DNA from: Ministeria vibrans ATCC 50519
Lineage: Eukaryota; Protista; Filasterea
Length of the DNA stretch: 64,000 bases
Assembly: GCA_943704425.1 (NCBI GenBank)
Contig: CALSCP010000216.1
Coordinates: forward strand, 1-64,000
Reading direction: 5' to 3'
Shown piece after piece: positions 51,153 through 62,894 of the stretch; positions within the stretch are counted from its first letter, which is position 1; each line of letters begins with the position of its first letter. A model generated the notes under the pieces. The model searched no databases, was not told the DNA's origin, and saw nothing but the letters and a program-made list of their open reading frames with translations. The translations under genes were made by a program, and so were the position numbers.

Positions 51153-54100
51153 ATGTAAGTGTTTGTGAGACGTGATCGACAAGAGAGCCGCCAGAGAGCT
51201 CAGCGTCACGCCCCTTTCCTCTTGCGCTGATGACATGACTTTGGTCGCTGTCTCGTTTCTCTTGACAAACCCTTCGTTTTCCCCCGCCACACACCTCCAT
51301 CCTACGTATAATGGGAAGTTCTGACGCATCGAAGTGGTCGCAAGCGTTAAAATGCGCGGCGCCGTTGAGACGTGCAAAACCTTTGTGTGGGTTGATTTTT
51401 CTTTCGCGCTAACCACACTCAATATAAAAAGCAAAAGATTTGCACCTTCTCCGTTGTCACCTCTTATGCATTTTTGTGTGTGCCTACTAAGAATCATGAA
51501 CGCCTCGCTCAAATATAAAAAAATCCTTATCTTCTCTCTTTGTTAGGCCTCCCACTCCGAATCCCGTCGCCCATGAGTACAACAAGCCTCTGCCGACACT
51601 GGAGACCCCGCCCGCCTCGCCCTCGGTCAAACAACAGCAGCTGTTGCTGGAGGAGCGCAACCGAGACCTCCTCAAGCTGATGGGCGCCGACGAGGCTCTC
51701 GCTTCCAATGTGCTCGCGCTGTCGGACCTGGTCCTCGTCTACCCCTCGTCGAACAAGGCGACGCGCTATGTGGGCGAAGCGGTTCTTGCGACAGCCAGCA
51801 ACAGCGAGACACGCGCTCGCAACGTTGATGGCGTCGTTGTGGCCGTGCGTAGTCACGAGGTGACGGCCGCCATTGGCGACGCCCTCATTGGCGCCCTTGC
51901 CACCGCGCCCTCGTCGCGCATTTCCGTCTGCATTCCTTCTGCCGCACTTCCTATGATCCTCCCGGCACTTCAAAGTGCTCAGCGACTGCCGGGCGGAGCA
52001 CCGGTGACGGTGCACGTTGCCGCCTACAGTGTCAGTGCCGAGTACCGTCGCTTGCGTGATCACGGTGATGTGCTCGTGGCACGCGACGCCGCCCTGCCCA
52101 TCCTGTGCAGTCGTTCGGTGCAAGAGGTGCACGATGTGAGCGCCGCTGCCTCTTCGCTTGCCATTGCCACGCGCAGTCCCGTCATCCACTTCTTTGATGC
52201 GTCCCTCTTGCACGAGTCGACCACCGTGCGCATCCTCACAAAGGCCAACTTGCTGCAACTTCTCAGCGACAACACGGCCCACAGCGCCGCCGAGCAATTC
52301 GCACGTTTGCCCGACCACGTGCCCCGCTACCGTCCTTTTGAGTTTGTGGGCTCACAAGATGCGCGCCACGTCTTGGTTGTGTCGGGCACGGCGGCACTCG
52401 CGTCGCAGCATTGCATTCGCCAGCTCTACATGAACGCAGTGGGCGTTGTGACGGTGCGTCAGGTGCGTCCCTGGAACGCCAAGGCATTTCTCGAGGCACT
52501 TCCGGCCACCGTTGAGCGAGTGACTGTCGTCGATCAACTGCGTCGTGGACAGCGTGGTGCCGCTGCTACTTCAAGTGCGCCCCTCGTGGCCGACGTGCGC
52601 GCCACCCTGCGTAGCGAGGAACACGCCATCTCCGTGGTGTCGGCACTGCTTGGAGGCGATGACTTTGTGCCGGCACACGCCGAAGCACTCTTGCGCACGC
52701 CGGATCATGTCGCACAGCCCGTCGACGTGTCCCAGCTGGCGTCGTCACAGCTGCGCGTCGGCACCGCCAACGCTCTTGCTCAGTGGGTGGTGTGGCACAC
52801 GGATGCGTTGGCGAGTCGTGACGACGACGTGGTTCAGCGCGCACTGCAGTCGCTGCATGAGCACTCTGGCATGCACATTACAGCGGGCACTATGTACGAC
52901 AACGACCTGAGCGGCCAGGGCGACGTGGTGCGCAGCCACGCGAGCATTGTCGCGCCCCACCGTCACCTGAGCTCGTCCAACGGTGCGTCCACCTACTCCT
53001 GCTACGACTGCGTCTCGGCCGGCTACGTTGCTGTCCATGACATGTCACTCGTGGCGCGCTACGGCGAGCACCTCATTGACGCCCTCAAGATTGGCGGCAC
53101 TGTTGTGTTTCGCTGCGCTCACGAGGACGCCGACCAGCTCGAGCGCAGTCTGCCGGCGGCTCTCCGTCGCGTGCTCGCACACAAGGCAGCGGCCGTCTAC
53201 ACCCTCGACACGTCGGCGGCGCTTGACGACAAGGCACACGCAAACGACCAGTTGCTGTCGGCGCTGCTCGCGCATAGTGGCGTCTCACGTGCCAAGCTGG
53301 ACGCGTCGCTCGCCGACCTTCTCGAAGGCGCTCTCGAACAGCTCACCTTTATCAACGTACCCGATCGCTGGCTCACGGCGATCGACGGCGACCACGACGA
53401 CATTGACGAGGAGGGCAACGCCTGGCTGCCGCGCGTCACCCTCGCCAACAGTACCACCGTGTTGCCATCGGTCGTGTCCGCTCACTTGCGCACACGAAAA
53501 CTGCACCAGCAGCAGGCACAGCTGCTTGAGCGTCACCAGCTGGCCTGGACCATGATGTTTCCCGAGGCGTACGCGTCACACCCCGCATTGCGCCCGCAAG
53601 CCAAGAAGCTCTTTGAGGTGCGCGTTGCCGAGTTCCGTCGTCTCACACCGGACGCGTACGATCGCAATGTGTTCCACCTGGACCTCGACACGAGCGAGGC
53701 AAACGTCAGCTATGCCATTGGCGATGCGCTCGGCGTCTACGGCCACAACGACGAGGCTCTTGTCGCGGCCTTCCTGCACGACTACGGTCTCGGCGACGGC
53801 TCGGAACTGGTCGCGTACGAGCATGGCGACCGAGGCGAGCGCCAGATCCACTCGCTGCTGCACGTCTTTACACAACTGCTGGATCTACACGGACGCCCTG
53901 CCAAGCAGTTCTACGAGGCGCTCCTTGACGCTGCAACCACCGACGCCGAACGCACGCTTCTCGAGAATATCCTTGCCAACAAGGACGACGAGTACAAGCG
54001 TCGCGTCGCCGAGACACTAACCTTCGAAGATCTCCTGCGCGAGTTCAAGTCGGCGCGTCTCACGCTCCCTCAGCTACTGCAGCTCATTCCCCCAATCAAA

Positions 54101-54211
54101 CCCCGCCACTACTCCATTGCCAGTGCCCACAGTGTCCACAAGAACAGCATTCATCTGCTGATTGTCACCCACGACTGGACCACGCCCAGTGGAAAGCCCC
54201 GCATTGGACAG
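51153..54211 (+). CDS. MET10: Sulfite reductase [NADPH] flavoprotein (MET10-like: degenerate PFOR-like domains plus FAD-binding domain); truncated before the NADPH-binding domain
   Basis: YRPFEFVG, VRQVRPWN, RRLTPDAYDRNVFHLDLD, YAIGDALGVYGHN, IKPRHYSIAS, IHLLIVTHDW...GQ followed by a GT donor at 54212. Confidence 0.88.
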
Positions 54212-54264
54212 GTAGGATAATAATAATAGTACAATGGGTATTGTTTTTGTTTGTGTGCTGAGCC

Positions 54265-54300
<36 letters not shown>

Positions 54301-54339
54301 CTTTTTTTTGTGTCACTCAAAACGAGTGTGTCTGTGTAG

Positions 54340-57300
54340 GATTTGCGGGTGCCGTCATTTCGCCTTTCTTTGACTCACTTCTGGTCAAAGTGACGGCTCA
54401 CGCAGACTCCTTTGACACGTGTCGTCGTCGTCTGCTTCGTGCGCTCACCGAGTTTCGCATTTATGGTGTGACCGTAAGAAGAAACAAATCTGACTGATAG
54501 TTTGTTTGTTTGTTAACATAATGTTTATCTTCCGTTTATCACTAAAATATATATTATTATTATTATTATTATTGTTATTATTATTATTATTATTATTATA
54601 ATAATTATTTTTATATTACTTTACTTTTCTTTTCTTTCTTTCCATATTGATTTTCCCCCTTCTCTTCTCTCTCTCTCTTACTCGCTTAGACCAATCTCGT
54701 ATTCTTGCAACGCGTCTTGTCTGACCCTGTGTTTACGGCCGAGCCGGTCACAACCAACTTCCTCGAGAACCGCCCGGGTCTCTTCTTGCCCTACACGCAC
54801 GACACTGGGTCCCACAAAACACTCCAATTCCTTGCAGACACCCTCGTCAATGGCCCTCAAATTCCCGGCCAAGTACCAATCTGTGCAAATGATTCATCTA
54901 CTGAAAACTCGTTGTGTTTTGACCCGTGTAGCATGGATCTCCGGGCCCTATTCCGCCCCCTCCCACTGCAATTGAGAACGTCGACTTTCCCGTGACCGAT
55001 GCACCCCCAGTGGGCCTGCGCCACCTGCTTGACTCTAGCAAAGGCGGCTCACCCGAGAAGTTCTGTGCCGGTATGCGACGCCCATTGGAAGAGAAAGACA
55101 TTATAATTTGTGTATTTTTTTTTTCGTGCGTCTGGTATGTAGCGGTGCGTGAGCGCAGTGAGCTGCTGTTCATGGACACGACCTGGCGCGATGCACACCA
55201 GTCACTTCTCATGACGCGCGTCCGCACCCACGATCTTCTTCGTGTCGCTGCGCACACTGCTCATCTTACTCCCGAGCTGTTTGCGCTGGAGATGTGGGGC
55301 GGTGCCACGTTTGACGTTGCCCTTCGCTTCCTTCACGAGTGCCCTTGGCGTACGTACCTCATCCTCTTCCCTCCCTTCCCCCCAATACTAACCGTTTTTT
55401 TGTGGTGCTCAGAACGCCTGAAGGTCCTCCGCGATCGTGTGAGCAACATTCCCTTCCAGATGCTGCTTCGTGGCTCTAACGCTGTCGGCTACTCGTCTCA
55501 GCCTGACAATGTTGTGCGTGAGTTTGTCAAGCAGGCGCACGCACACGGCATTGACATCTTCCGCGTGTTTGACTCGCTCAATTACGCGCCCAACTTGCGT
55601 AGCGGCATTGATGCAGTACGCGAGGCGGGTGCCGTGTGTGAAGCATGTCTGTGTTACACGGGCGACGTGAGCGACGACGATGACAGCGACGAGACTCTCG
55701 ATGCGCCGTCACCCCCGTCCTTCTCGCTTGCCTACTTTGTGCAGTTGGCAAGCGAGCTTGTCAAGATGGGCACCCACATCATCGGCATCAAGGACATGGC
55801 GGGTCTTCTGCGCCCTCAAGCTGCTCGAAAGCTGGTATACTGCGCAAATATATAGTAGTTTCATAATAATAATAATTATTATTGTTTCAATTTTTTTTTT
55901 CGTAATTTTCAAGGTTGGAGCATTGCGCCGACGTTTCCCGAAGCATCCCATCCATGTGCACACGCACGACTCGGGCGGCTGGGGCGTGGCCGCGATGCTT
56001 GCGGCAGCTGAGGCAGGTGCTGATGTGGTTGACGGAGCAGTCGACTCGATGAGGTATGATCAGCACGACGTGTGGAAGTGTGCCCTTGCTGTCTGTGACC
56101 TTTTGTGACCATGTAGCGGCCTGACAAGTCAACCGTCATTGGGGGCAATGCTTGTCTCAACGGAGGGCACTGCGCGTGCGTCAGCTCTGTCGCTGCATGC
56201 CGTACAGGAGCTGTCACGCTACTGGTCCGGTGTGCGCGACCACTACCGCTGCTTCGAGCCCGGTCTCAAGTCTACCTCAAGCGAGGTAGTCCATCATGAA
56301 ATTCCCGGTACGATGAAGTCTGAGAGAGAGGAGGGGGAAAGACACAAAGTGATAGAGAGAGAGAGAGAAGAGGAACACAGAAGGAAACAAAGTGATACAA
56401 AAGGAAAGGAAGGAGGAAGAAGCACAGAGAGAAAAATGACAAAGAGAAAGGAGGGAGAAAGAAACACAAAGAGAAAAATGGAGATAGTTTGAGAGAAAAA
56501 ACAAATTGAGAGAGAGAGACAAAGTGGTAGTAGATATGAAACGCGACTGAGAAATGAATGGTTTGGCTGGCACAGGTGGACAGCTGTCGAATCTTTGGTT
56601 CCAGTCGCACTCTCTGGGGCTTGCCGACCGTTGGGATGACATTGTTGCCGCGTACTCGGCCGCTAATAAGCTCTTGGGCAACATCCCCAAGGTCACTCCG
56701 TCCAGTAAGGTTGTCGGTGATTTGGCACAGGTAAAACAGAAAAAAGTTGGAGCCGCCTTCCCTCATTGATCTCTTTGTCTCTTCCTCTTTTTTAAATATT
56801 TTTTTGTACCTACCAGTTTATGGTACAAAACAACCTGACGGCGGATGCATTTCTTGAGCGAGCTTCAGAGCTGTCTGTGCCCAACTCGGTGATTGACGTA
56901 CGTGCCAAAAAGGACGAAAGAGAGAAAGAAAGAGAATGAAGCAAAGTGATCGAGAGGAAAAGGAACCAAATTGATATGTAGATTGCAGAGCGGCTTACAG
57001 TGTGATTGTTCTTTTTAGTTCCTCTCTGGTGGACTAGGCGTGCCTCCTAATGGATTTCCCGAGACCATCACCAAGGCCCTGGCAACTGGGGGGTCGGAGG
57101 GTGTGCAGTCGGCCGCGCAGCGCAAAGCGGTGCCACTGGACTTGGCAAAGCGACTGGTCGAGCTGAAGAAGAAGCACGGTAATTGGGTGTCGCTTTTGGA
57201 CGCCCTCTCGTCTGCTTTCTATCCGGACGTGTTTGATGAGTTTGCCGCGCATCGCAATCAGTATGGCGACATATCGACGCTGCCAACACACCTTCTGTTG

Positions 57301-57888
57301 AAGAAGATGGTCATTGGCCAGAGTGTCACGGTCAAATTGGGCACTAAAGACGCAGACGTACCAATCAAAGACTATCTTTCATACCTACACCTATTCATGC
57401 GACTTTTTCTTAATTTCTTTATTCAGATTTCATTGCTTGGCTTTGGCGACAGTGTCAAGGTGGACGGGCGTCGGGACGTGTTCTTTGAGTTCAATGGCGA
57501 GACCATGTGCGTGTCGGCGTTGGACCGTCACGCAGATGCAGTGCAGGAGCAGAGGCGCAAGGCGAGCGCAAGTGTTGTGGGTGAGGTGGGCGCGCCCTTG
57601 GCCGGCATGGTCGTCAACGTGCGTGTCCTCGAGGGCTCCCATGTCACTGCCGGCGACCCCATTGTTGTGCTTGCTGCCATGAAAATCGAACTTGTCGTCA
57701 AGTCTCCTGTGACTGGGTACGTCATGAAATGTGTGACAGCCTATTGAATCGTACTCATTGCTTTTATTGTTATTTTTTTTTTGACTTGGTGCTTTAGAAC
57801 GGTTCGCCAGCTGTTTGCGGTCACTGGCGATTCGCTCAATTCAAATGACCTCATTGCCATCATTGCAAACGATGAGGTCAAAGTGTGA
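54340..57888 (+). CDS. PC: Pyruvate carboxylase, 3' exons (end of BC domain, carboxyltransferase, biotin carrier)
   Basis: [75 protein letters not shown], biotinylation motif AMKIE. Confidence 0.95.
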
Positions 57889-57987
57889 AGTGCAAAAGCA
57901 ATGCGTGCGAGTGAAGAACGACAGAAAATTTCAAATTTCAAACAGAAGTTAGGCAATGTGGTATTCAGTCAATTACAATTAGAAAAG

Positions 57988-59687
57988 TTAGGGACAAGTG
58001 CCCCAGATAGGGCGCGGAAGGGACCACTGCAACGCACTCGTGTCAACTGTCAAACAGAAAAGGAGGGGGAAAGAATAGGGAGAGAAGTTAACAACACAGG
58101 AGCGATAATAATTTCATAATAATAATAATAATAATAATAATTATTATTATTATTATAAAGAGTAGTGGTACAGTTCGTTGGTTCTTCGCCGATTGCACTG
58201 ACACACCAGGAGGATATATCCTGATTGAATGCACTGAATTGGAACATATTGTCCATGTTCAGTACCTAAATAGATTCTAAAGTGAGTGGAACAGGTTTAG
58301 AGTACTGATTGGCTTACATTGCGCACATCCCAAGAGCCGATAGGGTGATTGAACGACAGTGCAATGTTAAACATACTCTCCATATTCACAACCTACAGAA
58401 TATAATAAAAAAAGAAAGACAGACCAAAAGCGCACAACGTCAAGCGTACTTGACTGACTTCCCAATGATCGAGCGGCTGATTGAATGCAATCGCATCCTG
58501 AAACATTGCCTCCATAAACATCACCTTTGAACACACACACACACACACACACAAATACATACACATTTGACAGTCAGTCAACAGAATAATCCTGCACACA
58601 CGGAAGGTGCTGAATGTGTCCTACTGAGTGTGTGTCGAGGAAGAGTGGTTGGTTAAACTTGGATGCAGAGCGGAACATCCATCGCATATCCGTCACCTGG
58701 CAGACCAAAAACACTCAGAGTGAGTGCATTGCATTCACAAACTCAACCACAATGAACTGAAAATTGAAAAACCAATGACAAAAATCACACCTTCGATGTG
58801 TCCCAATTTGTCAATGTTTGATTAAAATCTGAAGCCAAATAAAAAAGATACGACATATCCGTCACCTAAACCAGACACGATGAGGGCACGAACGTCGAAC
58901 GTGAAGAGACTCTCAAGAAGTCCATATGAATTGTCAGTGTGCAAATTGTGAAAGGCGCATATACCTGGCTCACATCCCACGCATCCAGATTGCCTGTTGC
59001 GCCTACACCCGTCAGACGGAATGCCCGACTGAGTGTGTGTGTACCCGTCAGGTCAAGTGCATCTGTCGCAAGGATCTCCAAATTGGCTGCACCATCAAAG
59101 TAGGCACTGTTGTTGCCCAGACGAAGGGGTCCCCACTGCAGGACCGTCAGCAGCTTGAGCTTGTCACCGGCATCCGCAAATCGCCAACCCTCAATGCGGC
59201 CCATCATCACGACGGTGTACTCTCCTGGCGAGTCATACGAGTGCAGCACTGCTGCATTGTCGTGCGCCGTAATGCGGTCGTGTGTTCCGTCTCCCCACCA
59301 CACTGTGAAGTTGTACGTGCCCATCGCCTCGAGAGGCAGCCGAATCTGGTTTGCGGCAGACGAGGACGCCGACGTCATTCTCGTGTCCCACGTCGAATTA
59401 AACGAGGAGGACGTGGTCGTAGTGTGTGTAGCACACGAGCACGCGGCCGCCTGCGCCTCAAGCTGGCGGATTTTCGCCTTGAGCTGGACAAGCGCCGAGT
59501 TGAGCTCGGTTGAGGTCAAGACGCGTTCGCCGCTGACTAACAGTGCGCCGTCGACGACAATGGAGCGATTGAAAGCGGGAGCGAGCACGATGTCTCCGTC
59601 GACATTGTACACACTAACCCCTTGCCCAAGTGCATGTACAAACAGGACACAGCACAAGAGCGAAGGGAGTCGAAACTGAATCATCAT
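57988..59687 (-). CDS. Secreted BspA-like/DUF285 (25-residue repeat) surface protein with N-terminal coiled coil and PKD-like domain; 7 exons
   Basis: Signal peptide; YNFTVWWGDG...HSYDSPGEYTV; repeats VTDMSYLFYLASDFNQTLTNWDTSK etc.; C-terminus FNQDISSWCVS...PRPIWGTCP. Confidence 0.88.
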
Positions 59688-59689
59688 AA

Positions 59690-59835
59690 TAATAAGATGA
59701 ATAATAATAATAATAATAATAATAATTATTATTAATTTTTAATTTTAATTTTTAATTTTAAAACTTAACAATCATGCAGCTGTGTATTACAATACTAATA
59801 ATTACTATGTTATTATTATTATTATTATAATTATA

Positions 59836-59895
<60 letters not shown>

Positions 59896-60020
59896 GTTAT
59901 TGTTATTATTATTATTATTTTTATTTCTCTCGATTCTCCATTTATTTCTTATTATTATTATTATTATTTCTCTCGATTCTCCATTTATTTCTTATTATTA
60001 TTATTATTATTATTATAATT
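59690..60020. repeat. AT-rich (TAA/ATT)n tracts plus a ~39-bp duplication (ttctctcgattctccatttatttcttatt...)
   Basis: Direct inspection. Confidence 0.85.
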
Positions 60021-60409
60021 ATTTTAATATTAATGATATGACGCCTTCTTATTCTTATTTATTAATAATGTTATACTTCAATCTTTTGTCTGTCTTCATT
60101 TACATTACGTCTTCTTATTACATCGCGCAGAGGCAATGGAATTCGTACGAGGACCTAAGAGGGTGATACTCAAAAGGCGATTTACAAACGAGAGTACCGA
60201 GTATGAACCGAGCATTTATCGAGACGTTGATCTCCTACCTGCGAAGAGATTGCCGCGAGCGCCAAAAGCTATCTGGTATTCTTATTCTTTTTGATACGCA
60301 TCGACTTTTTTTTTTGGATACTTCTTCTTTTTCGATGAGCTTTAGGTTTCGTCCCGTAAGTCATCGTAAAACTCCCGCTACGTCCACTGAATAGTATAAT
60401 ATAGTACAT

Positions 60410-62707
60410 TTAATTATTGGTTACATTTGCATTCGCCTCTGAAAGTAGGCAAGCAAAAGATCCTCTGTGATCACAGGCTCAGCATGCTACAACAACAAAC
60501 ACACACAATTAGCACACGCAAAATGGATACACTACAGTCTTTACCAATAATTCTTGGTCAATCTGGTGAAGTAGCACATCTGCATTCGACATGGCCTGCT
60601 CAACAGTCGCAGAAAACTACGAAAAAAAAAAAAAAGACCCCATAAGTACACGAGAAAATTAGAGCCCCATAGGTTCGTACTTGAAGTTTTTGGGTGACCC
60701 ACGAAAACATGGCAACGGCGAGGGTCTCCCAGGAGGAGCAGGACACGTCGGCAAAAGAGTGGCGGACATGGTCGACAATGTGTGCAAAGAGGGCAAAGGT
60801 GCCGGAGCGCATGGCACGCGCCAGGATGTGGCGCTGGATGGCGTCGGAAGGATTGTGCGGTGCAGGGGTGGTGTCGGAGGTTGCAGTGGTCGCAGGTGGA
60901 CCGGTGCCCTCGCTATGTAAAAACAAGCAGGTGTAAGTCGACAACGATGCACAATTTTAATGAAATGAGCTTACAGTAAATTGAGCTGCGCAGTGAGTGC
61001 GGCAATTTCTTCCGTCTGCGCCTCTCTCTTGCGGAGCATAATGCGGATGAGGTCGGCGGCCGAGTGCAACACAGCGGCCTGGCTCATCTTGGCAGCGCCT
61101 CCCTCGTTGGGCAGCTTCTTCTTGAGCTCGGCAATGACGACAGGAACACTGGCGCGACCGCGCGGGAGGTCAATGGACTGGCTGGGGATGTTGGAGTCCA
61201 GGTCGGTGGAGGAGCGGTGATGATGGTGGTGCGGTGGGTTTTGGTGCTGGTGCTGAAGGGAGGAAGCGGAAGAGGAAGAAGAGGGTGAGATGGCAACTGC
61301 TGCTGCTGTTGTTGTCATTGTTGCTGCTGCTGCTGCTGCTGCTGTGGTCGTGGGTGGTGCCGGAGTGTGACTCGGAGGGATATCGCGGGAGAACACGTCC
61401 AAGGGGAGTGCAGCAGCCACAGCAGTGCCGGCGGGTGGGTGTGAGTAGGGAAAGGCGTAGTCGGGCAGTGGGTGGGTGGCTACAACCAGAGGGTTGAGCG
61501 ATGCCTGAAGGAGCTGTGCGTCGGACATGGCAGCGGCAAAGGCAGTCGCCGCAAACCCATATGCAGGTGGTGTGGGGTGGGTGCTTAGTGTCGCGTCTAA
61601 AGAGGTGTCGTCCGGCGATGTATCTGAGAGGTGGTGTGCACGCGGTTGAAGTTGCTCATGATGATATTGCTGTTGATGTTGTTGTTGCTGTTGTTGCTCG
61701 TGTTGTTGATAGCTGTGTTGCGGATGATACCGTGTGCGCGAGGATGTGCCATGCACTGTGGTGAAGAGTGTGTCGGCAATGTCGTCGATTTCCATGTCGT
61801 GGTCAAAGCGATAGGGCTCGGCAGCCAGGGGTGTTGCAAGCAACTGCGTGACAGCGTCCTGGACATCTTCGAATCCGGTCCATAACGCGTCGTTGGGCGC
61901 TGGCAATCGTCCCTTCATGAGATTGACACATAGTCGCTGTTTCCAAAAACGACGACAGCGCAAGTAGTCGTCCGTCACCGACGTCTCTTTGCGCTCCCAA
62001 TAGTTACCCTCAAGAATTGCAGCTCGCACAGGAATCTTGGCTCCTCGTTTAGGGCCTTCGGGAAGACCGAATTGAACAAACTTGGTCGGTCGCTTGAGAT
62101 GCTGTCAATGTACAGTGACAAACAAAGAGAGTGCGAGAGAGAGAGAGTCGGTGAGAGGAGAGCAGAAGAGGAATACATTACTGCTGCTTCACAGCGGCTG
62201 CATGTACCTTCCACATGTACCATGCGCGCCAGATGGCATTGTCAAGGCGCTTTTTGTCTCCTACGGTTCGCAGTCAGGCACACGAGTCAGGATCAGTTGC
62301 ATATTCACTCGCACTCTCTCGCACTCTCTTGCACTCGCCGTACTCTTGTCGGCGTCCGACCCCTGCGCGCGAGAGAATCGCTTCCAGCTGCGGTAAGTGG
62401 GGGAGAGCAGACGAAGCGGTGAGAGTCGGACAGGACGAGAGAGACAAAGGAACACACAACGACAATTAATCCGTTTGGCGCACTCTGCTCACTCAGCAAC
62501 GCGACAAGGAGTCGACGGCGTACCTTGGGCCGTGATTGACCGTTTCCGACGCGTACTCCAGCGTCATGTGGCGGAACAGCTGCAGTGGGAGGCAGTGAGC
62601 AGTGCATCAGTACACTCTCGGCTGAGCTGCCAAGACCATCTCACCTCGACAAACGAATTGTCCGTTTTTGGTGTGCCCGTCGACGCCGCCGCCATCGTTG
62701 CATCCAT
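60410..62707 (-). CDS. Mondo/ChREBP (MLXIP)-family protein: MCR2-4, HLH-ZIP with degenerate basic region, DCD-like tail
   Basis: LFRHMTLEY, DKKRLDNAIWRAWYM, AAILEGNYWERK...YLRCRRFWK, KMSQAAVLHSAADLIRIML and the DCD-like FALFAHIVDHVRHSF...SWV. Confidence 0.85.
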
Positions 62708-62894
62708 ATTCAAGTCGTGAGGATGCTCAGACATCGACACGACGTACGATGAATATTTCTAATTTTCTATCAAGTCGATTAAAATTTCCCAGATCAAGTA
62801 TCAACAGTTTTAGTTTGTTTTACTCTCATCTCAGGTCGCCCGGTCGCTCCGCATCGTCCGACTTGCCGCGCCGTCACGTCGCCCCGGAGTCCCC

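Noticed and set aside
51223-51328. Possible C/D snoRNA (TGATGA 51228, CTGA 51321, 4-bp terminal stem)
   Set aside because: Box C lacks the leading purine, the spacing is imperfect, I recognise no rRNA antisense element, and CTGA is not kept in the matching APS reductase motif.
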